Of a stretch of 64,000 nt of DNA, positions 28,401-41,826 are shown piece by piece. Under the pieces are notes generated by a model that did no database searches, was not told the DNA's origin, and was given only the letters and a program-made list of their open reading frames with translations. A program made the translations under genes and the position numbers. Positions within the stretch are counted from its first letter, which is position 1. The number at the start of each line of letters is the position of its first letter. The stretch lies in IMG/VR virus record IMGVR_UViG_3300021400_000134; one strand, written 5' to 3'. The DNA comes from a virus. Lineage: Duplodnaviria; Caudoviricetes.

Positions 28401-28481
28401 CTTTTTTCACCTCTTATCCTTATTACATATATATTATATCATATATTTTTTAAAAAATAAATAACCGACCTTTTCCGCCGG

Positions 28482-30049
28482 TTATTCATCTTCCTCATCG
28501 CTATCATCTTCGTTGATTTTGAAGACGGTTGTTTTAAGTTTATCAGCCACCGCATTTACGAATAGTGTTTCCAGGTCTTCTATCTGCCCCCGCAGAAATA
28601 AAATCTGGACTTCCTGCAAAATGACACAGACAAAGGCCGCAATTAACAGCCAATTCATTAACCACCACACCTTTCATTGATATAGTTGTAGATATAATTC
28701 ACATCATTATCAGAGAGATTGTACTCTGGTTTGAGGTCATCCAGGTCAACGATATCGCCATTATATTTAACCATAATGTCTTCAGCGATTTCATTAAGCC
28801 GTTCGCAATCCATTGCATAAAGATTGAAGGCGACTCTTTCGATTGAGTCATTGTACCAAGGGGCATCAACGCCAAATTTCATATTATAATCCCTCCTTAA
28901 TTACCTTTTCAAAAATTTCAATAGTTAATTCATCTTCAAGATAAAATGGGTCTCTTCTACCAGGAAGTGGAATGCAACTAAGCAACTGCCAAAACCGCAT
29001 GTCTGGATACTTATGCCAAAGTTCATTTAACTTTGCAGTGACCTCATCAATTCTTTTTGGGTCTCTCATTAATCAATCACCTCAATTAAATTCTGCATTT
29101 TTGTAAGACACTGATTTATCTTATTTTGATAATCGGCTAAGTTGCTCTTTGCAGCTTGAATGAAAGCATCTTTTGTAGAAAAATCTACGATATCATTGAT
29201 TTCAATTTTACTTTGGAAAAAAGCAACATCGTCATTATCATATATTGTAAAGCTTGGAACTAAAACAATGATTTCCTCTTCATCAATTGAAATAATTTTC
29301 ACAGGGTCTATAAACCAATCCGTGATAATATAATCACCAATTTTATATTCCATACCTATTATCACCTTATCTTTCTTTATATAATAATTATAATATATAT
29401 TTTAATAAAAATCAAAAGAGGATTATTCATCCTCTTTTACACTGTTTACATCTTCTGGCTTAATCCAAATCTCTTGGTCGCCAATCTTTACTCTGTATTT
29501 TTCACCGCTATTTAGAGCGGCAATGACACCAGTAATAGTGCCCTCAATCAAAACTTTTTCTCCCTGTTTTACGTTCATTAATTCTCCTTAATAATCAGCA
29601 CTCATCCAAACTTCATATTCGGGGTTTTCCAAATAATCAATAACCCTATCTCTGACAGTCCAAAAGTTCATAATATATCCAACAGAAAAATCATAGCCAA
29701 GTTGAGGATATTCACCATCAAAAGTCTTTTTATGCCAATCCTCATACATCTTCATTAAAATCTCATCTCTTACTGTTGGATTGTCTTTTTGATAAGCTTG
29801 CGCTATATCTTCTAGATACGGCCCAATTTGTCCTAGTTTTTCCATTAAATTAATCCAATTATCTAGGGTTAACTCAGTAAAGCAATCACCTTGAGTGCTG
29901 CATCCAAGTGCATGGACTAGTTCCCAAGCTTTGCGGCCATATGCAAGCTCGTGTGCTTCAAAAAATCGCCAACTATCTGCTTGCTCACATTGTTCAATTG
30001 CGGGGCCATCTGCTTTTCTAAACTCATATAAACTGAAATCCAGGCCCAT
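28482..30049 (-). CDS. Run of small hypothetical genes (28482, 28658, 28884, 29069, 29588)
   Basis: Tightly packed co-oriented ORFs with RBSs; 28884 has MRDPKRI...W...PDMRFWQL phage motif. Confidence 0.55.
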
Positions 30050-30309
30050 ATTATGCCTCCTTTCTAATTTTTAGAGGCTGCGGCAATAGCGGTAATAACC
30101 ATTCCAGCCGTTGCCCCAACCATAAACCAAAATACATTCCACCACATTATTTCACCTCAATAAAATATTTTTTTAATTCATATGGGGTAATGTATTGGTA
30201 TTCGTCATACCCCATTTGTCGAAACATATAATGATATGGTCTTGAATACCAACAGGTGCCGGGCCGTATGTTTTTATACGGCCTGACACAGATATAAAAC
30301 TGATACATA

Positions 30310-31050
30310 TTATTTTTCCTTTTTAAGAGCGCATCTTGTCAGAATAGTCTGCTTAACGCCCTTGTATTCCTTATGGTCTTTGATGGTACCTTTCAGATTA
30401 TAGGTCTCACCAACATCAAGTGTCTTTGCGGCAGTTGTCCAAACAAAGGTGTTGCCATCCGCATCTTCCATGATATGCATTGTACTCATACCGTAGTAAC
30501 CGGCAATCGCAATTGCCTTTTTAATTCTGAGAGTGAAGTCTCTTCTTTCGCCAATTTCACCGACATATGAGCCAGCATCGACATCCTTGTATCGCAGTTC
30601 AGCCATAACCGCAGTTGCCTTGTTTTCATCAACTGCGCCAAACTCATTGCAAACTGCATCCCAGTAGACCTTACCAACTTCAACGCCTTCTGGAATTTCT
30701 TCATCTACTGTTTCATCAGACGGAGTGAACCAACCGAAATACTTATTATAACGGCAAGCTGGCTGTTCCTTGAACCAATCAAGATGCGGATATGTTTCAC
30801 CATAATAAACAGTGATATAGCCAGCGTCGCCGAAGCCCAGAATATTGCGGTAGCTGACATTACCCTTCAGTCTCTTGGCAAGGTCAGGATAAAGAGCAGC
30901 CCACTCCGCATCGGTATACCATCGAACAGTTCTGCGGTAACCATCTTCATATTCAACAACGACAAATTCTTTGCCGCCCTTTGTTTTTGTAAAGGGCTCG
31001 CTGACGATTTTACAATTCATATAAGATTTTGCTACTGGCATTTTCATCAC
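30310..31050 (-). CDS. Phage protein with C-terminal OB-fold
   Basis: YVGEIGER...MEDADGNTFVWTT...KGTIKDHKEYKGVKQT.LTR. Confidence 0.65.
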   Translation of the reverse strand: MMKMPVAKSYMNCKIVSEPFTKTKGGKEFVVVEYEDGYRRTVRWYTDAEWAALYPDLAKRLKGNVSYRNILGFGDAGYITVYYGETYPHLDWFKEQPACRYNKYFGWFTPSDETVDEEIPEGVEVGKVYWDAVCNEFGAVDENKATAVMAELRYKDVDAGSYVGEIGERRDFTLRIKKAIAIAGYYGMSTMHIMEDADGNTFVWTTAAKTLDVGETYNLKGTIKDHKEYKGVKQTILTRCALKKEK

Positions 31051-31322
31051 CTTCCTTTTCTTTACATATATATTATATTATATTTTATAAAAAAAATCAA
31101 ATAAAGAATTTTTACTTGATTTTTTGTCTATATCTATCTAATATATCTGCAAAAGTCATGGGGACGGTTGACATACGCATAATCATGGGAATATGGGAGC
31201 CAATTAGTTCCCTTTTCCGTAGAAATTCTCGTTTGCGTTGTATATGTTTTGCTTCTTCTTCTAAAGTTTGTTTGAACCTAAGACAACTATCAAGGGTTTC
31301 TTCTCTTCAAGGTTCCATATTT

Positions 31323-33893
31323 CTACCTCACCTTTGCACCACAATAAGGGCAATATTTATATTTTAATTGTGCTTTTAATTTACCTTCCCAGTCATGGGC
31401 AATGCATGTATTGCATCGAGGGCATATGATATGTTGATAATTGCGTTTAACTATTTCATCAAAATCATTTTTTATTATCCAAGTCTGTCCTCTTGATTCT
31501 AAATATGTCATTATTTCTTCCTTTTATCTATTGAAAATAAACAATAACTATATGAATAACAAATGCTATCACAGTACAAATTGCTACATAATAGTTTTTA
31601 TTTTCTATTGACTCATTTAATATGAATCCCATCATGATTCCGAATAAAGTGTTCATTCTTTATTCCTTTCCAACGCATCATAGAATGCTTTTTCAGATTC
31701 CTCGTCTTTAAAATTAATGTCATCATGATGCAATGTGACATATGTGTCTTTCTTTCCTGCCCACGCGCAGAATCCGAATTCCTGTCTTGTATCTCTGAAT
31801 ATCGAACACAATTCTTTTTTGGTGCAATCTTTGCACCATACCACTTGTACAAAATCATCACGACTTGTTATATCTATTATCTTCCCTGTTTTCTCGTCAA
31901 GGAAGAACTGGTATATCCGTAAGCCTTTTAGATTTTGAAACGCATCTTTATTTATCATCTTTCTTCCCTTTTCCCATCCATCTTTGCCCCGCAATTTGGG
32001 CAATAACTAAAACACGATGTTTGACCATCTTGTGATACACAACATTCAGAACATTTCATCCAAGAATGTCCTAATGTATTTCCAAATATCCATTTTCCAT
32101 GTCTGACTGGCTCTGCTTCAACTGTCGGGATTTCATCGATGTAACTAATTATTCCTTTATAATCGTCCCTTGGTATGTTAAGCAAATTCAAATAATCGAC
32201 AAAATCTTTTTTCCATTCAGATATAGTCATTTTTCTTCACCTTTTACCTCAACATATTCATTCAGATGGCACATAATCTTGTCTACTATACCGTGAGCAT
32301 GGTTTATTGTTTCCATTGACAAGTCCATATCATCTATGCACTTGTGCATCTCATCAAGAATATACTCCCTCATGAACTCTTTCCATGACGGTGATTCATA
32401 AAGGTCTTCGTCATCCCACGAAATAACTACTTTGTGTTTCATTATTCTTTCCTTTCTCCGCTTCCGCAATGCCATTCATCTTTGACTGGTATTTCAACAA
32501 GCCAATGGCTCATTTCCATTAATATCTCGCAACAATTATGAAGCGTTTCTCCTTCAAATCTGTGCTTGCAGTCTTTGCACCTTACCAGTTCTTCAATAGG
32601 TTCTCCATAAAACGATGTGTATTCCTCAACCGCTGTGATTTTTGTTTTTGGTGCGTGGACTATATACTCTTTCATTCTTCTTTCCTCACTATGTCATAGT
32701 TGCCGAAAACAAGTGCGGATATTATTATTTCTTCTGCTTCCTTAAATTGGTGCGCCATATTTTTATAATCATTGCTCCAATAGGATTCTTTTAGTTTTTG
32801 TAATGCTACCTTTATATTATGGTCAATGTCTACCGGAATATATTTATTTTCCTTCATTCTTCTTTCCTTTCTGCATCCATTTTGGCTCCACAATGTGGGC
32901 AATAACCTGTTAATACAATTAAGCACATATTATTCATTAAAGCCTCATTTCCACAATCAGAACATCGGTATACCCATTCAATAAATCCACTGGTATCATC
33001 GCCACGATAAATCCCTTGTCTAATCCAATAAGCATGTCTAACTGGTTCTGCATCTATCGTTGGTTGCTGTTTGATTATTTTTTCTGCTTGTAAGCATTCT
33101 CTTACTGTATAATTCTCATTCCGTATATAACTTGCATAATCAATATCATATGCGTTAATTAATCTTATCATTATTTTTCTATTATCTCCATATTTTTTGC
33201 ATCGCAACCAACGTTCTCATATTATTCTTTTTCATGAATTATTTTAACAAATGTCTCTGGAAGCGCAGTTGCCACGCCAACTTTCCCATTCTCAAAAAAA
33301 GGAATCCAAACTTTATTATATGACTCAAATGCTTCTTTTGCTGTAGGCGCAGTTGCGCCAATATGACAATCTAAACATCTTAAAGATATACCATTTTCAC
33401 TAGAAGTCTCAAGTAATGTATTTCCGCACCGAAAGCATTTGAATACTGTTTTTTCTTTTTCTGGAACAAAAGGGCAATGGTCTTTATCACATATACCCCA
33501 GGAATGTCCTTGGGGTATCATATCAGGTTTGCGGCAGGTTTCATAAAACTCATGACTTCCCATTTGGTCGCAACCATATTGCATATATTTGCAAGTCTTT
33601 TGAAACTCTTCAAATGTCATTAACATTTATTCTCTCCCGCTATAGTATTTATCCATTACTCTTAATGCGGTCATTGCATCAACCCCATGCTGTAAGAAAT
33701 CTTCGAATTGCTCTTTAGTAAAGCCATATGCACTACAAAACTCATTTATATCATAATACCTGGCCCCGCATTCACTATATATTGCATATGCGATTTGACC
33801 TTCAATTTGCGTTAAATCGAAACTTATCATATAGTTCTCCTTTTTAGTATTATACCATATTTTTTTATAAAAGAAAAAGGGAGAGGTATGCAC
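31323..33893 (-). CDS. Operon of small Zn-ribbon hypothetical genes of temperate-phage type
   Basis: AEPVRHxxW...YCPxCGAKMD and VRCKDC motifs; ATGA stop/start overlaps. Confidence 0.6.
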
Positions 33894-33915
33894 CTCTCTC
33901 CCTTCCTTGTATGGA

Positions 33916-34281
33916 CTAGGCTACAGTCCAAGTAGCCTTGACCTTGCCCTTAGTTTCGGTAGCCTTGACGAACTTACCAGAACGGTTCAGGATTGCAGCA
34001 GCCTTCTGAGACGACAGGTTGAACTGAGCCATCACATCAGCGCAGGTAACCGGACCGGCTTCAGCGATGTATTCAGCGACCTTTTCGGCCAGCTCAGCAT
34101 TCTCAATCTGAGTCTTAGTCGGCTTACGCGGACCCTTGGAAGCAGGACGGACAGACTTCAGAGCACGTTCAACCAGGAACTGGAAGTCTTCCTCAGTCAG
34201 AGTTTCGTAGGAAATAGCGTTAACGCGAGCAGCAATAGTCATCTTTTCAGTCATGGTTTTAATCACCTTTTTACCTTTCAC
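33916..34281 (-). CDS. Small basic winged-helix-like protein, family copy 2
   Basis: KPTKTQIENAEL...SSQKAAAIL. Confidence 0.7.
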   Translation of the reverse strand: MKGKKVIKTMTEKMTIAARVNAISYETLTEEDFQFLVERALKSVRPASKGPRKPTKTQIENAELAEKVAEYIAEAGPVTCADVMAQFNLSSQKAAAILNRSGKFVKATETKGKVKATWTVA

Positions 34282-34420
34282 ACTTATATTTTATAATAAT
34301 TTTTTAGGTTTTTCAACCTCTGCGGTTTATGTCAGGAAGGAAGGAAACCTCTCTTAGGACTTTTTACTCCTTTCCTTACCTTACATAATTATTATATTAC
34401 TTTTTTTGAAGTTTTTCAAC

Positions 34421-35801
34421 TTACCGATTTTTTTGCTTTCGGTAAGTTTCCCAGAAGTCAGACCTTATAACGAAGTCATTGAGGTCGGTATCTACATGTC
34501 GGCCACCAGCGAAGAAGCCAGAGTAGATAATGAAGTGAGGAGTAAACCAGTAGGCATAGTTTCTATCCGGTTGAGCCGCATCCCTAAATTCAATCAGGAA
34601 GTAGGCATCCCAGCCACTATGGTCGGAGTAAGGACGGATATCTTTGTCAAGAACCACGACAGAGAACCTATCCTTAAACACGTCTTCCCGCAAACCGCGG
34701 TTTATTTTCCGCACAACGCGATTAATCTTGCGGATTAACTTGCGCTTGCTCCTGACGGTATCCCGTCTAGGCCAATCATACATCATAATTCTTATCACCT
34801 TTCCTTTCCTTACATATATATAATAACATTTATTTTTGAACTTTTCAAATTACCGTTCGGCAACTTTGAATTTCATTGAATATTCATGGCGATGCTTTTG
34901 GTACCAAACCATGAAATCAGTTTTGCGGTCGGTGAGTTCCCAATCGGTGTAAGCCCGCAAAACCGCATCTCGGCCTGCGTTATACACGTCAGTCAGAACT
35001 CTTTCAACAACCTTGCTCTGAGGTTTTTCAAGCAACACTTTTTTCACCTTTCCTTTCTTTACATTATTATTATATAATAATTTTTATAAAAAATAAAAAG
35101 GCGATTTTTACATCGCCGTTAATTTAACCAAGAGGGGTCGGTTATTTTTTGTATTCTATATTTGGGCCAATGTCCATATAGTTTCTTAGCTTGTTTTGCA
35201 CTTTCTTCCGAAGAAAAGAAAATTGGAGTTTTTTTAGAATTTTCCATTATAGAATAGGGTTGATAAAAACGCCCATCCTCGCAAAGGATTTCTACAGTAT
35301 TTCCATCTAATATGTCAAATGAATATTCAACAATAATGTAGTATTCTTGTTCCATATTAGCTTAAATAACTTTTATCTCGAGTATTGAAATCATCTATAT
35401 CAATTTCTTCGGTAATATTTTCAAGCATCATTAAAAACAAATTAAGAGCATCTTCTCTATCACAGTCATAACTATCAGCAACATCGCATATATGACCGAA
35501 ACATTGAGCCGCATCCATCGCAAATTCACGAATTAGTTTTTTCTGTTTAATAAAGTTAAGCTCGGATAGCTTCGGCGTCTTCGAGCTCTTGGGTGAGTTT
35601 GGCATCAGCCTCCTCTTTTCTCTTCCTAAAGCCTTCTCGCTTTTGCTCTTCTGCGGCTAAGCAATCCGCGCACATAACCTTACCATAGATATTCCTGGTA
35701 ATATTGGTCATGGGTTGCTTGCACCGGGGGCAGGTGGGAATGCGCTCTTTATGCGGATGCTGGGCTTTAAATGTATCAAAATCTATATAACCTTTTGGCA
35801 T
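34421..35801 (-). CDS. Small hypothetical genes (34421, 34850, 35119, 35357, 35556)
   Basis: Short ORFs with promoters and RBSs. Confidence 0.5.
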
Positions 35802-35859
35802 TTGTTTTTCTCCTTATTACTACTTTTATATTATAACAAAAAAATTCCTAAAACCGCAA

Positions 35860-37336
35860 ATGAAAATCTATATTGTATTTTTTATAAAAAAATGTTATAA
35901 TATATATGTAGAAAGGAATAGTATGGAAAAGATAGAAGAAATTGGAATAGGCCTGATGGTATTCGGGATAATATTCCTATTAATAACGGTAGTATTTTGT
36001 ATCGGAAATTGTCTTCTAAAATGGATTATCTACAAACTACGAAAGTGGGAAGTAGATGAAGATATAATAGGATATTTATCTATATTTATTACTTTAACTC
36101 TTATATCTTCTGGTATGGGAGCGATATGTCTTTTAATTTCTCATTGAGGGTGATAGTGATGACGGCATTTGAAACAGCCAAAAGGAAATACAATCAGATT
36201 ATGGAAATAATCGGATATGAGCATTCTACTATTGGAACGGAATGGTCTGAAGGAACTGAAGACTGGAATCTCCGGGATATGGTTGCGGAAGCCGATTATT
36301 ATCTTTCTACTTATTACGAAAGCGGACATTGCAACGAAGAACTGAAAAGGGAAGACCGTAAAACCTGGGTTTCGCAGACGGGGCGTCTTAAAAGATTTAT
36401 TGCCCATTGGGAACCGTTTATTAAAGATATGAAGTGCGCTACTGGACATTGTAGTAAATATGATAACTAGGAGGTGTGTGTATGAACTATGTATTTTATG
36501 CTAAGGTAAAAGGGTGCTGCGGTGGTGATAATTATACGGATGAAATATTCACTGTTGCGAATAACTTTACAGAAGCCGCAAATCAGATTGAGGACAGATA
36601 CGGTACTGATCTGTTAGGATTCAGTCTGTATTGTTTTGATTCAGATGTGATTCATGTTCAGGATATTGAGGAATATTTAAAGGAAGCGAGAGAGACGGTA
36701 GGTTAATATGACGGTTAAAGATTTATTAAATAGTATCATTTTAGATACTCGGTTGGGAGACACGGTATTATTTTACGATATGGATGTTAAAGAGTTTAAA
36801 CAGCTTGAGGGTATTGAACGGATAGGCAATTCCTTATGTTTTAAACTGTCAGACCAGAAGAAAAATGATATGACTTTAAGGGAAGATTTTTTCAAAGACG
36901 CCTAAAAAGGCGTTTTTTATTTCTTTCATCCTAAAAATCGAAAAAATAAAAACCTAGAAAGACACGAAAAACACGTTGACACGAATTATTATTTATGATA
37001 TAATAATAATATATACGAGCTAGAAGCCCCGAAGGGGATTCTAAGCGAGTTAGCCCAGAAGCCGCAGGCGCACTGGGCGTCTTATTATAGGAGGGAATTA
37101 TGGCTTTAAGAGATGATATAAACTACGCTATGATGAGCGAAGTTCAAAGATTCAGAGAAGAATTGCTTACCGAGGAAGAACAACAAGAGATTATTGATGA
37201 TGTAATGGCGTTTTGTATTATAGAAATTAGAAAGTTTTGCGGGGAAGATATTTTTGAAGTAAAAGCGCAAGAACTTAAGGATAAAGGTATTGATAAAGCA
37301 AGACTAAAAGTTAATTTAAATAAGAAGATGAATTAA
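35860..37336 (+). CDS. Small hypothetical genes (35860 membrane protein, 36126, 36476, 36708, 37100)
   Basis: Co-oriented ORFs behind divergent promoters. Confidence 0.5.
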
Positions 37337-37337
37337 T

Positions 37338-37619
37338 ATGAAAAGAGTAGTACAATATAATCGCCAAGGTAAAGCAATTGCGGTATATGATAGCGCCCAG
37401 GAAGCTGCTAAGGCTACTGGTATTGATATAAATAATATAGTTAAAAGTATTATGGGTTGGGGTAATAAATATATTTTTAACACTTATTTTGAATGGGAAG
37501 TTACTAATAAAGAGTTGCGCGAAGCCCGCTTAACCGAACGGAAGCAACGCCAAGCGCAGAAACTAAAGGAATTAGAGAAAAAGTTTCACTTTAATGACAA
37601 AGAAGATAGAGAAATGTAA
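37338..37619 (+). CDS. NUMOD1-type DNA-binding protein
   Basis: VVQY...G..IA.YDS..EAA..TGI....I. Confidence 0.65.
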   Translation: MKRVVQYNRQGKAIAVYDSAQEAAKATGIDINNIVKSIMGWGNKYIFNTYFEWEVTNKELREARLTERKQRQAQKLKELEKKFHFNDKEDREM

Positions 37620-37782
37620 CTGCATTAGAAGTTGGCCAAGGCTGCAAATCCGCAAAGGCAGATATAGAGTAGTATGCGCTTATTGTGGAAGGCAAACCGC
37701 TTATGGTAAAACTTTAGAAGAAGCCATTCAAAATTGGGATAAAGAAACAGAAGAATTAGTAGCAATATGGGGGAGAAGGTAA
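37594..37782 (+). CDS. Lar-like Zn-finger protein
   Basis: V.C..CG..T.....EEAI..W. Confidence 0.5.
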   Translation: MTKKIEKCNCIRSWPRLQIRKGRYRVVCAYCGRQTAYGKTLEEAIQNWDKETEELVAIWGRR

Positions 37783-37921
37783 AAATAGGTCAAACATGGA
37801 AAATCTCTCTTATGGAAAAAGTATTTAATTTAGGAAGTTTTTCCATACTCGATACAATCTATATAGTACTATAAAGGGTTGTATCCAACATGGAAAAAGT
37901 ATTTAAAAGGAGATATTTATT

Positions 37922-38677
37922 ATGCTAGAAATAGGTAAATCATATACCAGTGCTGAGATAGCTAGAGAAGTTTTTAATGTTTCACCTAAAACCTTTTCTA
38001 ATCAACGTGTTAAGTATTTAGAAAAAATGTCAAAATATTATGAGTGAACTGAAGAGAGAAGAAAATTTACTATAACCGGTATTAAAGAAACATATGAAAG
38101 CAATTCAATAGGAAGGGTCTCTAAAGTTCAAATTCAACAGGAAATTAGAGAACCAGTACATGATGTTGTAAATCAAAATAGTTTGCAGACATATACAAGT
38201 ATTGCTAGAACAATGGTTAATACAAATAATCATTTTGTTCGTCGCCATCCTCAGCAAGAAAATACTATGATACGTTATATTCGGGCGGTAATGGAAACAG
38301 ATTATGCGGTTAAAGAATGGGTTTGGGGGGATATAAATCAATTACCAATTCAACCTTTAACCCAAGACCAGCAAGAATATTTAATGGTTTTAATGGGAAA
38401 GAAAGATGGTTTAAGTTTAGACCAGTTAAGTTTTATGATTAAAGCCATGGAAGAGTCTGGTTATATTACTAAAGAAGAAGCCAAGGACTTATTATATGAC
38501 ACTGCGACCAAAGATTATGAAGATGTAATGAATGGGTTTAAGCAGAAATATCATTTTAGACCAAGACTTGTGGCGGATTGGCAAGAAGGCATTGCGTTTG
38601 ATGCGGATATTGTTATTCCTTATGGATTAAAAAATAAAGAGAAATTACTGGAGTATAAGAAAGAAGAGGATAGATAA
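37922..38677 (+). CDS. Putative DNA-binding protein; one internal TGA (38045) read as Trp
   Basis: AGGAG RBS and ATG 37922 in frame with ORF 38183..38677; KYYE(W)TEE. Confidence 0.6.
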
Positions 38678-38764
38678 ATGAATAAAGACTTTAAAGATTT
38701 GAAGATGATAATGGGAATGATACGATGATTGAGATATGGGATAGGAAATTAGTTAGGAAAGGTT

Positions 38765-39254
38765 TTGAAAATTGGTCTGAAAAAGATGAGGAGAATTAAA
38801 ATGGAAGAATTTTATAAAGATATGAGTGATTATTTTGCGAAAAATGGAATTAAAAGTATGGATGATTGGGGCTTCGATGAATTGGCTACTTTTGGATGGG
38901 GGCTGGAAGATTGGTTAAGGAAAGAGTTTCCATATCTTACTTATGAGGATGTTTTTGCGATTAGCGATGCGGTAGAAAAAGTAATAGTAGATAGGTATTT
39001 TCGAGATGGAAATAGTTAATTTTGTAAACAAGGTTATATATAAGGGGACTAGAGAAGAGTTTTATGAGGTATATGAATTATGCCATCAGTTGGAACAAAG
39101 GATACCTGGATTTTATGCGCAGGTAGTGGAAATTGATGATCGCTGCTATTTGGAAATTTCGTTTGAAAAAATTGGGGAGTTTTATAGAGTAGAAAGAGAA
39201 TTATCGGAAAGAGTTAAAGATTATTTTGGATCTTATTGGGAGGTAGAAGAATAG
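38765..39254 (+). CDS. Two small hypothetical genes
   Basis: Overlapping ORFs of 84 and 82 aa. Confidence 0.5.
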
Positions 39255-39677
39255 TGGAGATATATATTAAGTTAAAGAGAAAAGAAGATGGAAGCTGGGA
39301 AGGGAAAACAATAATTGATTTGAAAAAATTGCGGTATTTGGAGATAAATAAAAGGTTGGGTTAAGTTTTTGGTGTAGGGGTGAACATGTTTTGGTGTAGG
39401 GGTGGTGCCCGATCGGCACGTGCTAAAACCAAATTTAATTCTAAAAACGAATTACTATCGTATTTCGAAAAATTCATTTGAAAATCCGGGGTACCCGCCC
39501 TTAAATCCCCGGCCGCATTAACCCGGGGTATTCTCATTTGAAAACCACCGAGGAACGAAATGAAAACTCATTTGAAAACCGCGAAATGGACCTATAGAAA
39601 ACCGATTTGAAATCCTCTATTGGTTTGAAATATATAAAAAATTTTGTTATAATATATATAGTAAGTAAGAAAGAAGG

Positions 39678-40121
39678 TTGGCGAAGATGATAAATAAGTG
39701 CAAAGGAATTGAAGACATGCGCTATTCAATATTGGATATGCTGGATAATGGCATGAGTATTGCCGAGGTTAAGGAAAAATTTAATAAGATTTTAGAAGAG
39801 GAACAATGCCGTAAGGAATTTATTGATACTGTTGCGGCAGCTGTTGAAAAACTTATCAAAACCATGTATTCAGATGTAGCTGACCTATATGATGAAGAGA
39901 CATTCCAGATGTTTGCGGATGCTGATGTTCTTGGGAAAGTGGAGTATGATGCCCAGGAGTTGCGGAAGCTGAAGTCTGCCGGATATGAGAAGGCAGCGCC
40001 TTGGGAAGTCAATGATGACTTTGGCCCTGGTCCCACTCTAAAGGTGACTAAGGCACCTATTAAGTCTACGGCCGCAAAGGATGATGATGATATTCTTAAG
40101 GTGTGGTCAGCGTCCTTGTAA
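39678..40121 (+). CDS. Hypothetical protein
   Basis: 147-aa ORF behind TTGAAA/TATAAT promoter. Confidence 0.55.
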   Translation: MAKMINKCKGIEDMRYSILDMLDNGMSIAEVKEKFNKILEEEQCRKEFIDTVAAAVEKLIKTMYSDVADLYDEETFQMFADADVLGKVEYDAQELRKLKSAGYEKAAPWEVNDDFGPGPTLKVTKAPIKSTAAKDDDDILKVWSASL

Positions 40122-41391
40122 AAAATTACGGAAAAGATTTTTTACAAACATCATAAAGAACTGGGAAGAATTAAGTTTATATGCTATCTTGTTTCTCCTG
40201 GTTTTATACAAAGATATTCGAAAGATTCGTGAGAGGCGTACAAACTCATAAATTTTTTTCATATAACCTCCCTTTACACATACACACTTTTTACCTTTAT
40301 AGAAAACTGGACTCTGGCTGTACGCCCTGGAGTCCAGTTTTTTTATTATATAAGGCCATATGCGGTTGCGCCAAGGGGGCAAACTTTGTGAAAATTTTCA
40401 CAAGCGGCCGGCCAGGAGGGAAGGTGCTATTAATAGCGATATGGGGTGGCATATGCGGGATTGTCGTGCCGAACGGTTTAATCGGGTTGCCGCAATTATA
40501 GTAATAACTTTCCACTATTGGAGCAGCATATGCAGAAAAAGTTTCAAATGCCGTTCGGTATAGATATATACCCCATTTTATTATATCATATTTTTTATAA
40601 AAAATCAATAATTATGGCAAAAATTGCGGTTTTTGTGTTATTTTGTGAGAAAAATTGATATTTTTTTTTAAAATTATAGCAAATTTTTGTGATTTTTGTC
40701 AAATTTTTTATAGAAAATTGATGCTTTTTGCGAGAAATTTATAAAAAAATTGGCGTTTTTTTAATATTATACCAAAATTTTTAATAATTTTGCCAGAAAA
40801 ATGCGATTTTTGCAAAAAATTTTTCATAATATGCGATTTTTGGTGCGATTAAAAAAGATTTTTACGGAAAATTTGTGAAAATTTTCACAAACCGTGCCGA
40901 CCGGCCGCCGAACTTTAGGGAAATCCCGCGCGCCATATGCGGCCCCGAGTTGCGAAAAAAAAGTTGCCATATGGCGTGCCGGCCGGAAAACCGACCGTAG
41001 TCGGAGTTAGTCTCAACTAACTGACCGATGGTCAGAGTTAGTTAGCCTAAACTAACTGTTGCGTTTCCAACTAATTTGTGAAAGTTCAAACTTTCACAAA
41101 CTTGACTCCCTGAAAATTTTTCATTTTTTTGAAAACAAATTTGTGAATTTTCTCACAATAACGGGAAAAGCAAAAAAATTTTAAAATTTTTGAATTTTTT
41201 TCTTGACTTTTGCGGTGGCGTGTGGTATAATGAAAACGGCCTGGTTCGCTAGTAAGCGGGCCGCCAATTATAGCACGACTGGGGGTGCTTGTCAAGCACT
41301 TTTTTTGACAATTTTTTGCCATTTTCTGTTTAGTATTACTAAACTACCGGCAGTTAGTCAAGCCTAACTCTGGCTCAAAAAAAGAAGGCTT

Positions 41392-41784
41392 CTAGCCCTC
41401 CTTTTTAGCCCTGTGAGCGGTTAATGTCAGCGTGTAGTGCACGCCATTATCACCCACAAAGTCCACCGCACGCTCGGCGTTTACAACGCTCACAGAAGCA
41501 ATTCCAGCAGTGGCGCCAAGCGCATCAGCGACCGCCTTAATGACTGCCTGTTTGAACAAGTCCGCTTTGCGCTCCCTCGGCTTGGCGTTTCCGCTCACCT
41601 TGCGAGTACCTGTATTAGCGAGTTTGCGAGCGTTGCGCATCTGTTCCTTGGTTAAGTCCCAAGGCTTGGCAATTCCGCGGTCGGTATCGCGGTCATCCGC
41701 AATTAACTGTATTGCTTCCTCGCGTGTGCATTTCAGCGTGCGCATGTGATGCTGAATTAACTTTTCATCCAATAGTATCACCAC
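41392..41784 (-). CDS. Basic hypothetical protein (paralogue of 44694..45149)
   Basis: IQ.HM..LKC.REEAI.LI..D...RERK.D..K...LT.HRAKK. Confidence 0.7.
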   Translation of the reverse strand: MVILLDEKLIQHHMRTLKCTREEAIQLIADDRDTDRGIAKPWDLTKEQMRNARKLANTGTRKVSGNAKPRERKADLFKQAVIKAVADALGATAGIASVSVVNAERAVDFVGDNGVHYTLTLTAHRAKKEG

Positions 41785-41826
41785 CTTTCACAACGGATGA
41801 GGGAGAAAGGGCTTGCGCCCTTTCCC

